Of a stretch of DNA of 64,000 bases, positions 19,748-29,758 are shown one piece after another. Source of the stretch: an uncultured delta proteobacterium (GTDB lineage Bacteria; Desulfobacterota; Binatia; UBA9968); NCBI GenBank assembly GCA_963771465.1, contig CAVYTU010000019.1, positions 160,001 through 224,000 on the forward strand, written 5' to 3'. Position numbers and translations under genes: made by a program. The notes under the pieces are model-generated. The model was not told the DNA's origin. It searched no databases and saw only the letters and a program-made list of their open reading frames with translations. Numbering within the stretch: position 1 is the stretch's first letter; each line of letters opens with the position of its first letter.

Positions 19748-21343
19748 TTAGAGCTTTCCCACCTTCACCCGCTGCTGCGCGCGCTTCTCGCCGGTTATAT
19801 AGTGGTCGCCGCGCAGCGCCGCTTGGGCGTCTTCTTCGTCATCGTCCGACCACAAGCCGAGATTGTAACCATGCCATGGCTCCTGCGGCTTGAGCTTGGG
19901 CAATTCTAATCGCTCCCACAACTGCTTGGCGCGCTCCATGTATTCTTTTTTTGGCAGCGACACCGGCGGGTAGTCCCACTTGCGCGTGGCGTCCATTAGC
20001 ATCGCCGACGCGCCGGCAATTTCATCGAGAGAGTGGCCGGCTTCCTTTCCCGGCGGAAACACCGACGGGTCCATTTGCGGTGTGCGGTTTCGGATAATCA
20101 AAACGTCGCGATGGGGCTGCATGCGAAACGCCATTGCCCAGAAAAGCGAATCCAGATTGCGCGGGTCGATATCTTCATCGACGGCGATGACCATCTTGCC
20201 GGTGGCGGGATTGTAGCCGACCATGCTGTGCAGCGCCTGCCAGACATGAGCTTGATTGATTTTCTTCATCTTGATGACGCAAATCTGGCGCACCGCGATG
20301 CTATGAAACGCCACCTCGATGATGCCGGGAATATTGCACTGATCGCGCAGGAAGCGCAGATAGTTTCCTTCGGCGGAAACCTGGCGCATCACGCTCGACT
20401 CGCTCGGCGGCATCTGGCTGATGATCGTGGCGAGAATCGGATTCTTGCGATGAGTTATGCACGTCACTTCGAAATAGGGATTGAGCAACTTCTCCGCGAT
20501 ATAACCGGTCGATTCGCCGAAAGGCGCTTCCGGTTCTAAAAACTCAGTGGAAATTTCGCCCTCGATGACAATTTCGGCGTGAGCCGGCACGAGCACGTCG
20601 TTGGTCTTGCATTTCACCACTTCGATCGGCGCGCCGGCGAGTCCACCGGCAACATCCAGTTCACTCACGCTGAAGGGTATTCGCGACGGCGCGGTGTAGG
20701 CCACACAAGGCGGCGCGCCGATAACCAATGCTGCATGGAGCGGCAAGCCGCGCTCTTTACATTTGCGCCAGTGATAGCCGCCGTGATTGCTCGAGCTTAA
20801 AAACACGCCGGTGCGCGTCGGGCTTTTGATATGGCCGCGGTAGTTGCCGACGTTGATGATGCCGGTTTCGGGATCTCTGGTGAACCAGTGCGACGCGGTG
20901 GTAAACGGCCCGCAGTCGTAGCCCGGCGTTGAAATAGGGATCGGAAATTCGCCCAGTCCGCCTTTTTCCAGCAGCGTCGCGCCCGTGTAAACGACTTCAT
21001 GCACCGGCGCATGCTCGACGATCTTTGGCGCAATCGGATTCGACTGCGCTTGGTTCCAGCGATCGACGATCTCCTCGGGTTTGCATTGCAGGCCAAAGCC
21101 ATAAATCTGCCGCGACGCCGCCAAAGTGCCGACGACCACCGGAATATCGTACTTGCGTCCCTTCACATCGATGACGTTGGTAAACATAAACGCGCGCCGC
21201 TCTTCTTCCGACAAACCGCGAAACTGCCAACGCACGAGCGGCATCAGCTCGGTGTCTTTGTTGATCTGCTCGTCGATCTTGACCAGCAACCCCGCCTGAT
21301 CCAGCGCAGCAATGTGTTCTCGCAAATCTTTGAAATAGCCCAT
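19748..21343 (-). CDS. UbiD-family (prFMN) decarboxylase
   Basis: DLREHI, NVGNYR, EAPFGESTGY, VDEDID, DATRK. Confidence 0.92.
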   Translation of the reverse strand: MGYFKDLREHIAALDQAGLLVKIDEQINKDTELMPLVRWQFRGLSEEERRAFMFTNVIDVKGRKYDIPVVVGTLAASRQIYGFGLQCKPEEIVDRWNQAQSNPIAPKIVEHAPVHEVVYTGATLLEKGGLGEFPIPISTPGYDCGPFTTASHWFTRDPETGIINVGNYRGHIKSPTRTGVFLSSSNHGGYHWRKCKERGLPLHAALVIGAPPCVAYTAPSRIPFSVSELDVAGGLAGAPIEVVKCKTNDVLVPAHAEIVIEGEISTEFLEPEAPFGESTGYIAEKLLNPYFEVTCITHRKNPILATIISQMPPSESSVMRQVSAEGNYLRFLRDQCNIPGIIEVAFHSIAVRQICVIKMKKINQAHVWQALHSMVGYNPATGKMVIAVDEDIDPRNLDSLFWAMAFRMQPHRDVLIIRNRTPQMDPSVFPPGKEAGHSLDEIAGASAMLMDATRKWDYPPVSLPKKEYMERAKQLWERLELPKLKPQEPWHGYNLGLWSDDDEEDAQAALRGDHYITGEKRAQQRVKVGKL

Positions 21344-21483
21344 GATGAAATCTCCTTACACGAATTCCTGTCAGCGGTGATATGTGATTTCAGGCGGGAA
21401 TGCCAGTGGAGCCGAGGACGTGAAGACTGCCGAGCAAGCGATCAGAAATTCGGCACACTTGGAACGGCTGTAACGCTATTATT

Positions 21484-23061
21484 TCAGAATCCCAACGCGC
21501 AGCCGCCTTTGCGCGGGTCGGAGCCGCCGACGAAGGCGCCGGATTCGGGATGAATCATGATCATGTGCGCGCCGCCGAAGCTTTCCGGGTTGCCGCCGAC
21601 AACTTGATGGCCGCGACGCGCCAACTCCTCTTTGACCGCGTGTGGAATATCCGCTTCGAGGCCAACTTTTGTCGCTTCGATATGATTGAAGCGCGGCGCG
21701 GCGATCGCCTGCTGCGGCGTCATGCCGAAATCGATCAAATTCGTAATCATCTGCACCTGCACTTGCGGCTGCACATGGCCGCCTTTTAAACCGAGGGCCG
21801 CGTAAGGCTTGCCGTCTTTGAAAATCATTCCGGGCATCAGCGTGTGCGCGCAGCGTTTATGCGGCCCGATACAGTTGGGATGATGTTCGTCGAGCGAAAA
21901 CAGATGGCCGCGGTTCTGCAAGATGATGCCGGTTTCCGGCTCGACGACGCCCGAGCCAAAACCCATAAAGTTGCTCTGAATAAAAGAAACCAGATTGCCT
22001 TCACGATCCGCCGCGGCAACATATTCAGTGTCAGTTCCAGCCGGGAACGTTCGGCATACTCGCCGGCGGCTTCGTTCATACGAATCTGTCCACGCAACTG
22101 CTCGGACCGCTTGTCCGCGAACAGTTCTCGCACATCGACTTGCATGAAGTCCCGGTCGGCAAGGTGCGCGGTCGCGATCGCCGAATGCCAGCTTCTTTGC
22201 CTCGATCATGGCGTGGAGCGCGTCGGCGCTTTGCGCTCCCATCGCTTTGAGATCGAAGCCTTCGAGTATCTTCAGCATCTCCAGGGCGACAAAGCCTTGC
22301 GAAGTCGGTGGCATCTCAAAGATATCGTAGCCACGATAGTTGGCCGTGATCGGCTCGACCCAATCGGAGCGATGATCAGCGAAATCTTTGAGCGTGAACA
22401 ATCCGCCTAATCGTTCCGAGCAGCGTACCAGCTTCTCGGCGACATCGCCTTTGTAATAATAATCCGCGCCTTCCGCGGCGATCCGTTTCAGCGTCGCTGC
22501 CATGCGCGGGTTGCGGAAAATCTCGCCGGCTTTCGGCGCGCGCCCGCTGATTAAATAATTAATCGCTCCGCCTTCGTCGGATTTTAGCCTCGCTGCAGAT
22601 TCTTTCCACTGCTCAGCCGTCAATTCGGCAACGGGAAACCCTTCATCCGCATGGCGAATCGCCGCTTGCAGAACTTCCGAGAGCTGCTTCGTGCCGTGAG
22701 AATTGAGCAGCGTCGCCCAACCATGCACCGCGCCGGGAACGGTAACGGAATGAATGCCGCGCTGCGGCATTTCTTTGAAGCCGTTCTTGCGGCAGAAATC
22801 CAAACTCGCCGCGTACGGCGAACGCCCGCTGGCGTCCAACGCTTTGATCGCTTTGTCTTTGGCGGAATAGAAAAGACAAAAGGCGTCGCTGCCGATGCCG
22901 ATCGACGACGGCTCGACGACCCCCAACACCGCCGCCGTCGCGACCGCCGCGTCGATGGCATTGCCGCCGTTCATGAGAATCTCAACACCGGCCAGAGTCG
23001 CCAGCGGCTGACTCGAAGCGACCATGCCGTTTTTGGCTAGGACGCTGAATTTTTCTGCCAT
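21484..23061 (-). CDS. ggt: Gamma-glutamyltransferase family protein with an internal compensated frameshift (~22050-22170)
   Basis: GGNAIDAAVA, EPSSIGIG, VPGAV, DT nucleophile region (TDTEYVAAAD), QSNFMGFGSG, LQNRG, GGHVQPQ, GGSDPRKGG. Confidence 0.92.
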   Translation of the reverse strand: MAEKFSVLAKNGMVASSQPLATLAGVEILMNGGNAIDAAVATAAVLGVVEPSSIGIGSDAFCLFYSAKDKAIKALDASGRSPYAASLDFCRKNGFKEMPQRGIHSVTVPGAVHGWATLLNSHGTKQLSEVLQAAIRHADEGFPVAELTAEQWKESAARLKSDEGGAINYLISGRAPKAGEIFRNPRMAATLKRIAAEGADYYYKGDVAEKLVRCSERLGGLFTLKDFADHRSDWVEPITANYRGYDIFEMPPTSQGFVALEMLKILEGFDLKAMGAQSADALHAMIEAKKLAFGDRDRAPCRPGLHASRCARTVRGQAVRAVAWTDSYERSRRRVCRTFPAGTDTEYVAAADREGNLVSFIQSNFMGFGSGVVEPETGIILQNRGHLFSLDEHHPNCIGPHKRCAHTLMPGMIFKDGKPYAALGLKGGHVQPQVQVQMITNLIDFGMTPQQAIAAPRFNHIEATKVGLEADIPHAVKEELARRGHQVVGGNPESFGGAHMIMIHPESGAFVGGSDPRKGGCALGF

Positions 23062-23167
23062 CGTTCCTCAAAATAACGATGGGTTACACCGCTCGCCGCA
23101 GTTAACCCACCCTACCAACCAGAACTTGAAATTCGAAACTCTAGAGTTGAAACCGCGTCCGCGCGCG

Positions 23168-23866
23168 CTACGCTGCCGCCGACTCCTCGATCCGTGCCAT
23201 GCCGGTCGCAAGCGCGCTCCGATAGGCGCGATCGATGGCGAGACTGTCCAACGCGGCGCGGATTACCGCCTGCGCCGTTCGCTCGTCGGCAATATGACGG
23301 TCGTAGATCGGCTCGAACATGTCGGAGTGATCTTCATCGGCGACCATGTGAACTTTGGTGTTAATGTCGAGTCCTTCGATGGTGCCGCCTTGATCGGCGA
23401 CGCGCTTGTGCGCGAAGCGCGCGGTGAAGCCGCCGCCTTTGACGATCGCCGGATTGTTCTTCCGCTCGGTAATGTGATTGACGGTCAACGCTTCGATCCA
23501 CGGCCGGGTGGTCGACAGATACATCCACGCCATGAGCGCCGCGCGCACGCCGGGAAGTAGATTCGCCTCGGCAGTCGCGTCGGCCATTTGCTCGTCGGTC
23601 AAGTGCGCCGAGCCCATGCGCTTGTCGAAGATCAACTCGTCTTTTTCATGCTCCCAGATCGCCCGCTTGACGTCGAGCGGCGCCTTCACCGCCGCCGCGC
23701 CCCAGCAGTCGCGCCGGCTTTTAATGTAATGCGGATAGTGAATGTCCCAAATTTTTTGCCGCTCCGGCGTCAGCTTCACCGAGAACAATTGATGATATTC
23801 CGGTGTCTCAAAATGTTTGTTGACGATGACATTCAACTCTTCACGCACCTTCGGCCACAGGCTCAT
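23168..23866 (-). CDS. HDO-fold iron-containing redox enzyme, subfamily A (divergent member)
   Basis: RRDCW, HEKDE-x10-H, ITE, HMVADEDH; ATG at 23866 after AGGAGG. Confidence 0.8.
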   Translation of the reverse strand: MSLWPKVREELNVIVNKHFETPEYHQLFSVKLTPERQKIWDIHYPHYIKSRRDCWGAAAVKAPLDVKRAIWEHEKDELIFDKRMGSAHLTDEQMADATAEANLLPGVRAALMAWMYLSTTRPWIEALTVNHITERKNNPAIVKGGGFTARFAHKRVADQGGTIEGLDINTKVHMVADEDHSDMFEPIYDRHIADERTAQAVIRAALDSLAIDRAYRSALATGMARIEESAAA

Positions 23867-23928
23867 AAACACCTCCTGACTTGCACTCTCTTCAATTTCG
23901 TTATTCAGGTTTCAAACGCAACTAAGAA

Positions 23929-23994
23929 AGATCTCTCCCTACGTTCGCGATGACAAGAATCCTGAGTTGTCATTCCGAGCGGAGCGAGGAATCT
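23929..23994. repeat. REP-like inverted repeat pair
   Basis: AGATCTCTCCCTACGTTCGCGATGACA...TGTCATTCCGAGCGGAGCGAGGAATCT, imperfectly complementary arms. Confidence 0.65.
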
Positions 23995-24029
23995 TCTTCC
24001 CAATAACCAACACTTCATCATTCCATTCT

Positions 24030-24740
24030 CTACAACGGAATCTTTTCCTGCGCCAGCGCGATCCCTTTGCGATACATGGCGTTGAACGCCAGCGAATCCT
24101 TCGCGGTTTGGATCGCCGGCGCTTCCTTGTCGCCGGTGGCATGTTCAGCGAGAAACGGCAGAAACATATCGCTATGTTTCTCGTCGGCTTGGCTGTGCGC
24201 TTGCATGTTGGGAATCTGTTTCCAGGTAAATCCCATATCCTCCATCCATTTTTTCGCCATGCGCGTCGACTGGCCGCCGCCGAGATCGCCGAGCAAGCGG
24301 TCGTCGTTGCACCACTCGGTGATGGTCATGCCGGTGAGCGATTCGGTCCAGGTCATCTCGCTGGTCATCCACGACCAGGCATAGAGCGCCGCGCGGGTTT
24401 GCGGCGTCGGCTCGGCATTGAGAATCTCTTCCGGCTCAAGACCCACCGATTGACCCTGGCGAATAATCAGGTGCAGGTGGCCATATTCGGAAAAGTCATC
24501 GCGAATGATCTCTTCGTACTCATGCTCCAAGATGCGCTGTTTGACGCCCATCACCGGGCAGTTGGCCGAAACATGGGACCAACACTCGCGGCGGTGGCGC
24601 ACGAACAAACTCTGCTGCTTTACCATGACCGCTGCCCTGGGCTTATTCATCTTGATGGAAAAGTAAAAATCCATCTCCGGTGAGCGCATATAATCGCGCA
24701 CCAGCTCGCCCAAACATTCGCGCCACTGTTTTTCGGTCAC
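24030..24740 (-). CDS. HDO-fold iron-containing redox enzyme, subfamily A
   Basis: HRRECW...NCP, HEYEE-x10-H, TEW, HSQADEKH; GTG start overlaps the upstream SBP stop (GTGA). Confidence 0.85.
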   Translation of the reverse strand: MTEKQWRECLGELVRDYMRSPEMDFYFSIKMNKPRAAVMVKQQSLFVRHRRECWSHVSANCPVMGVKQRILEHEYEEIIRDDFSEYGHLHLIIRQGQSVGLEPEEILNAEPTPQTRAALYAWSWMTSEMTWTESLTGMTITEWCNDDRLLGDLGGGQSTRMAKKWMEDMGFTWKQIPNMQAHSQADEKHSDMFLPFLAEHATGDKEAPAIQTAKDSLAFNAMYRKGIALAQEKIPL

Positions 24741-25705
24741 GGCTTCGCTCCTTTGTAAAGTTTGTCGATAAACCCTTCCTGGACCAGCCGGTCGACCATC
24801 GAGTTGTCGAAAAGCTTAGCTTTTGCCGCGCCTTTGGCGCCGACCATATCCAGCACCGTGTCCACCGCCGCCGGATCGACGCGCGGAATAGAATCCAAAT
24901 ATCTGCCGACGAACTCGTAGTGCGCTTCCGAGCTGCCGCCGCGCGCTCCCATATATTTTTCCAACAGCTTGAGCGCCTGCGCCTTTCTGGTTTTCAACGC
25001 GGCGATGCCTTCGATGTAGGCGTGGACGATAGCGTCCACCGACTTCGGCGACTTGAGCAAATAGTCGTTGCTCACGGCCAAAAGATTCATCGAGAATGGA
25101 ATGCCGAGTTCGGCGGCGTCAACCAACATCTTCGCCTGGGGCCCCGGCGCTTGTGATGACACCCGCCCTTCTGCCTGGCGCGCGCGAAAACCGAGATCGG
25201 CTTCCACCACGCCGCCAAATTGGCGCAGCTCGGTTTTGCCTTCGAGATTGAGCTTGCGCAAAATCAGCCGCGTGACGAAGTCGCTGGTCGAACCGAACCG
25301 GGTGATCGCAAGTGTCTTTCCTTGCAACTGTTCGGCGCGCTGAATCTCCGGCTGCACCCAAAGCTGCATGCCGGGCCGGCTAGTGTTACTGCCGACGGCG
25401 ACCATCGGCGCGCCCTTCAGCGTCGCCGCCACCACCGCGTTGCTCGCGCCCAACGCCGCCTGCACGCTGCCGCCGACAAGAGCTTGAATTGCCGTCGCCC
25501 CCGAGCTGATATAAACCAGCTCGGCATTCAAGCCATATTTTTCGAACGCGCCGATCTCTTTCGCCATCCACACGCCCGCCATGCTCGGACTGATCGCCGC
25601 GTAAGCGAAGGCAATTTTTTCGCGCGGCAATTCGGCGGCTAGACTGAGCTGAGCTAGAATGAAAAAGCTCGTGATCGTTATCGTGAGAAATCGAAGTTCG
25701 CGCAT
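24737..25705 (-). CDS. NitT/TauT-family ABC substrate-binding protein
   Basis: Signal peptide from MRELRF; WMAKEIGAFEKYGL, TRFGSTSD, EGFIDKLY. Confidence 0.88.
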   Translation of the reverse strand: MRELRFLTITITSFFILAQLSLAAELPREKIAFAYAAISPSMAGVWMAKEIGAFEKYGLNAELVYISSGATAIQALVGGSVQAALGASNAVVAATLKGAPMVAVGSNTSRPGMQLWVQPEIQRAEQLQGKTLAITRFGSTSDFVTRLILRKLNLEGKTELRQFGGVVEADLGFRARQAEGRVSSQAPGPQAKMLVDAAELGIPFSMNLLAVSNDYLLKSPKSVDAIVHAYIEGIAALKTRKAQALKLLEKYMGARGGSSEAHYEFVGRYLDSIPRVDPAAVDTVLDMVGAKGAAKAKLFDNSMVDRLVQEGFIDKLYKGAKP

Positions 25706-25733
25706 CGCCGCCACCTCGGCAGTCGCTGGAAAT

Positions 25734-26441
25734 TTAGACAAGCCGTGCCATCGCGTCGGCGAGCCCCGCTTGATAAACCCGGTAAAGCTCTTCCGACTCC
25801 TGCGCCGCTTGTAAAATCATTTTTTCATTTTCACCTTTGCCGTACTCCTCCCAGACCGGCAGGAACATATCGACATGACCCTTGTCTGCTTCGCGGTGCG
25901 CGCGCCAATTCGGCAGATCGTCCCAGGTGATACCCAACTGCTCGACCCAGCGCTGGCCCATGCGATATGAATGGCCGCCACCCAAATCGCCGAGCAGCCG
26001 ATCGTCCTGATTCCATTCCGTCATCGACATCGCTGCCAACCCTTCGAGCCAATGTTTTTTCTTGCACATCCAACCCCAGGCATAAAGCGTCGCCGAGGTG
26101 GTCGCGATCGGTTTGGCGTTCAGAATATCATCGGCACTGAGCCCGATGCATTGCCCCTGGCGAATGATCAGATCGAGATGGCCATGATCGGAATGTTGAT
26201 CGCGAATCATCTCTTCGTACTCGTGGCCGAGAATTTTTTGTTTGACCGCGAGCACCGGTGAATTCCCCGAAACATACGCCCAACAGTCGCGCCGGTGGCG
26301 CACGTAAAGCGATAGCTGTTGCAGAATAAGCTGCGCGCGCGCCTTTGTGATCGGAATGGAAAAATAACGCTCCAGCTCAGGCGACGACATCGTCTGCCGC
26401 GCCAGCGCGCCGAAAGCGGCGGACCAACCGTTAATATCCAT
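25734..26441 (-). CDS. HDO-fold iron-containing redox enzyme, subfamily A
   Basis: HRRDCW, HEYEE-x10-H, TEW, HREADKGH. Confidence 0.85.
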   Translation of the reverse strand: MDINGWSAAFGALARQTMSSPELERYFSIPITKARAQLILQQLSLYVRHRRDCWAYVSGNSPVLAVKQKILGHEYEEMIRDQHSDHGHLDLIIRQGQCIGLSADDILNAKPIATTSATLYAWGWMCKKKHWLEGLAAMSMTEWNQDDRLLGDLGGGHSYRMGQRWVEQLGITWDDLPNWRAHREADKGHVDMFLPVWEEYGKGENEKMILQAAQESEELYRVYQAGLADAMARLV

Positions 26442-26478
26442 CCTTCGATCTCCTCATTAAACTTTCCAATATCAAAAA

Positions 26479-26567
26479 AAATCCCCCTCAATCCCCCTTT
26501 TTCAAAGGGGGAAGAGACGGCTCGAACTCATACCCCCTCTTTAAAAAAGAGGGGTCGGGGAAGATTT
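26479..26567. repeat. Double-hairpin palindromic (REP/MITE-like) element
   Basis: Hairpins TCCCCCTTT-TTC-AAAGGGGGA and CCCCTCTTT-AAA-AAAGAGGGG, enclosed by AATCCCCC.../...GGGGAAGATTT. Confidence 0.7.
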
Positions 26568-26586
26568 CATTCATAAGCGCTGTCCG

Positions 26587-27303
26587 CTAACACAATCTTT
26601 CCATCTCCTTGGCGATCCCGTAGCGGAAAATTTTTAGCAGCTCCATGGACTCCTTCGCGGCTTGAATGACCAACGCCTCTTTTTCGCCAATGGCGAACTT
26701 TTCAAGATCATCCAGAAACATGTCGCTGTGTTCCTCATCCGCTTGGGCGTGCACTTTGAAATTCGGCATCTGCTCCCAGCCAAAACCAAGATCGTCCATC
26801 CAGCGCTTTGCCATCCGGCTCGACAATCCGCCGCCGATATCGCCCAGTAACCGGTCATCGTTCGCCCACTCGGTCACGGACAACGACACCAAACCTTCCA
26901 GCCAACTTTTCTCCCGCGTCATCCAAGCCCAAGCGTAGAGCGTCGCCATCGTCGAAGCCAACGGCGCGACGTTCAGCACTTGCTCCGGCGTCAATCCAAG
27001 AGCTTTGCCTTGCCGGACGATCAATTCCATGTGTCCGTGTTCGGTATAGTTGTCTTTAATCACTTCGCCATACTCATGCTGCAAGATTTTCTGCTTCACC
27101 GACATATGCGGACAATTGCCCGACACATGAGACCAGCAATCGCGCCGGTGGTGAATGAACAAGCCCAACTGCGTGATCAACACTTGCGCGCCCGGCTTGG
27201 TGATTTTGACTTTGAAGTAATGGTCAATCTCCGGCGAGCGCATCGCATCGCGCACCACCGCGCCGAGCTCTCGCCGCCACTCGTTACGATTCATCTGCGC
27301 CAT
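26587..27303 (-). CDS. HDO-fold iron-containing redox enzyme, subfamily A (start 27303 or 27294)
   Basis: HRRDCW...NCP, HEYGE-x10-H, TEW, HAQADEEH. Confidence 0.85.
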   Translation of the reverse strand: MAQMNRNEWRRELGAVVRDAMRSPEIDHYFKVKITKPGAQVLITQLGLFIHHRRDCWSHVSGNCPHMSVKQKILQHEYGEVIKDNYTEHGHMELIVRQGKALGLTPEQVLNVAPLASTMATLYAWAWMTREKSWLEGLVSLSVTEWANDDRLLGDIGGGLSSRMAKRWMDDLGFGWEQMPNFKVHAQADEEHSDMFLDDLEKFAIGEKEALVIQAAKESMELLKIFRYGIAKEMERLC

Positions 27304-27344
27304 CCTCAAAATATTTGCTCTGGCGTAGACCGCGCCAGTGCAAC

Positions 27345-27375
27345 AACTCGAAACCCGAGACACGAAACCCGAAAC
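27345..27375. repeat. 7-mer tandem array (AACYCGA)
   Basis: AACTCGA AACCCGA GACACGA AACCCGA AAC. Confidence 0.55.
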
Positions 27376-27378
27376 GCT

Positions 27379-27718
27379 TCAGACCGGCCAGCCATGCTCG
27401 GAGACATCGACACGGTTGCCTTCGACGTCTTTGATCCAGCTCTCCGCCACTGCGCCGAAAGTATTTTCTTCGGCTTTGGTATTGGCGATCTTTTCGATCT
27501 CGCCGACGTTGTCGACTTTGAAACCGAAGTGATGAATGCCCCAGGGATACTTGTCCGTGCTGATTAACGCCACGTCCATGTGGCCGTCGGAAAGATAAAT
27601 CGTTCCGCTCGGCCCGCGGTATTTTTCTTCCATCTGAAAAATTTGCTTGTAGTACTCCGCGCATTTCTCGCGGTCCGCAACGTTGATCGCGATATGTCTG
27701 AATTCTCGGTTTTTCCAT
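27379..27718 (-). CDS. VOC/glyoxalase family protein with a 1-nt insertion near 27700
   Basis: Removing one base gives MEKPRIRHIAINVADREKCAEYYKQIF...GIHHFGFKVD...IKDVEGNRVDVSE; GGGAGG RBS. Confidence 0.85.
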
Positions 27719-27808
27719 ATGCATCCTCCCTTTAATTCAAAAATTCCACCTGAGTGCCAAGCCGACTAGTGTCCATGAAAGTTCGCCCCACCCTTCATCC
27801 TTGACGCA

Positions 27809-28801
27809 TCACCGAATGATCTTGGTTGCCCGTGCTAAAAGATCGGGGGGAATCGTCAGGCCGATTTTCTTAGCCGTTTGGAGATTGATGACGAAATCAA
27901 ACTTCATTGGCTGCTCCACGGGAAGATCCGCGGGACTGGCTCCCTTGAGGATCCTGTCCACGAAATATGCGACGCGCCGGTAGCTCTCCGTATGATCAGC
28001 GCTGTAGGACATGAGACCGCCGACTTCAACATGTTCTTTGTTGACGTACACCGAAGGCAATCGGTTCTTTGTCGCAAACCCGACAATCCGTTTTTGATTG
28101 GCGGCGAATAGAGCGCCCCCAAGCAAATAGAGTCCACCTGGGCGCTGTTTGCTCAGTGCAGCGAATATTCTATCGAAATCGTCTGCGCCTCGTGCCTCCC
28201 AAGGCTGAAGCGTCAACCGCAGCGCACGCGCCGCCTCTGGGAGAACTTCTTCTAGCTCGAGTTCATAGTTCGGATTTCCCGATTCGTAGAGCAATGCGAC
28301 GCGGGAAAGTTTGGGAACCGCTTCTTTGAGCAGCTCCAGCCGCTTACCACCTAATTCTCTGCCAAGGTTGGTAACGCCGGTGACGTTACCACCGGGACGG
28401 GCAAGGCTTTCAACTAGTCCCGCCATCACTGGATCGGCCCCAATGCCCATCATAACGATGGGAATCGTCTTGGTCGCATTCTTGGTTGCCTGGATCGCCC
28501 GCTCCCCTCCCGCTACGAGGATGATATCAACTTTGAGGGTCACCAGCTCGGCCGCGAGATCAGGTAGCCGAGAGCGATTCCCCTCAGCGTATCGGTACTC
28601 GACGACGATGTTCTGTCCTTCGATGTAGCCGCGCTCGCGCAGAGCGAGCCGAATTGCCTCGGCACGGGCGGACTCGGTAGCTGGGTCTGTAATGGCCAGA
28701 TACCCTAGCCGCGGGACCTTCTTCGGTTGCTGCGCGTGGGCGAGAGAGGCAGTAGTCAAAAGTATAGTTGCAAGTTCCCGGATAGCGGTTCTTCTGTCCA
28801 T
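27809..28801 (-). CDS. ABC_sub_bind-type substrate-binding protein
   Basis: AQQPKKVPRLGYL, EGQNIVVEYRYAEG, SLARPGGNVTG, PADLPVEQP, INLQTAKKIGLTIP. Confidence 0.9.
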   Translation of the reverse strand: MDRRTAIRELATILLTTASLAHAQQPKKVPRLGYLAITDPATESARAEAIRLALRERGYIEGQNIVVEYRYAEGNRSRLPDLAAELVTLKVDIILVAGGERAIQATKNATKTIPIVMMGIGADPVMAGLVESLARPGGNVTGVTNLGRELGGKRLELLKEAVPKLSRVALLYESGNPNYELELEEVLPEAARALRLTLQPWEARGADDFDRIFAALSKQRPGGLYLLGGALFAANQKRIVGFATKNRLPSVYVNKEHVEVGGLMSYSADHTESYRRVAYFVDRILKGASPADLPVEQPMKFDFVINLQTAKKIGLTIPPDLLARATKIIR

Positions 28802-28953
28802 TATCTCTTACCGTTACGCGTTTGCTTCATTGCGCATGACAATTCGAGTCTGACTGGTATACAAAACACACTCTACTAAAACTTCAGGTCCTTCGCGTCT
28901 TCGTCGTGAATACTCCCCCACGGGAAGCAAAGGAGCCGTGTTTCGCACCGATG

Positions 28954-29703
28954 CTACTTCCCATGTGAAAACGCCGGAGCGGTCAGCTCGCGTCTCATAA
29001 ACTCTGTCACCAATGGCCAGGTGAGATCGGCGAGATAGGGCTGGTAGCCGTCCGACTCGGTGGATGCGAAGCCGTGATTGCCGAAGTGAAAATAGTGCCA
29101 CTCCAGCGGCTGACCGTTGGCGTGGAAACTTTCCATCACCTTCATCTGGATCGGAAACGTACTGGTGCGATCGTTGCCGCCGTAGAGCACCATCGACGGG
29201 CATTTGATTTCTCGCGCTGCTTCGTTGGGATGACGCGGCCGGATACGGCTCGCCGGTTCGTCGGCGACCGAAGGATAGTAAGCGACGAACGCCCGCGCCG
29301 CCGGCGTCGCAGCGACGAAATGAATGCCGATACGCCCGCCCATGCAGTAACCGATGACGCCGACGCGCGCGCCGTCGACGTCGTTGCGCGACAGACAATA
29401 GCGCCAGCCGCGGTCGATGACGCGCACGAAGTCCGGATCCGGCGTCTTGTTCTGAATCTCCGTGCCCTTGTCGATATGCTGTTCCGCCGGATAACCGAGC
29501 ATGTGATAAAGATTGGGAATCACCGTCGTGTAGCCAAGCTGCGCGAACCTATACGCCGCGGTTTTCAAATAACCGGTGAGGCCGGAATGCTGATGAATGA
29601 GCAAGAGACCCGGCCCTTTCTCATCGCGCTCGGGATGAGCGATGTAACCTTCGATGCCGTCCTTCTCCTCTTTCAAGCCGCGTGTCACGATTGCCGCCAT
29701 CAT
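28954..29703 (-). CDS. Dienelactone hydrolase family protein
   Basis: GYCMGG, YYP, HGF; GGAGGA RBS. Confidence 0.9.
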   Translation of the reverse strand: MMAAIVTRGLKEEKDGIEGYIAHPERDEKGPGLLLIHQHSGLTGYLKTAAYRFAQLGYTTVIPNLYHMLGYPAEQHIDKGTEIQNKTPDPDFVRVIDRGWRYCLSRNDVDGARVGVIGYCMGGRIGIHFVAATPAARAFVAYYPSVADEPASRIRPRHPNEAAREIKCPSMVLYGGNDRTSTFPIQMKVMESFHANGQPLEWHYFHFGNHGFASTESDGYQPYLADLTWPLVTEFMRRELTAPAFSHGK

Positions 29704-29758
29704 TCGCTCCTCCCGCCAGGGACTCAATTGGTTCTATCGGCCGGTCTCCGCAACCGCG

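Noticed and set aside
23168-27303. HDO genes as pqqC or tenA
   Set aside because: No pqq or thiamine-salvage genes nearby, PqqC signature motifs not seen, and a complete dimetal ligand set is present.
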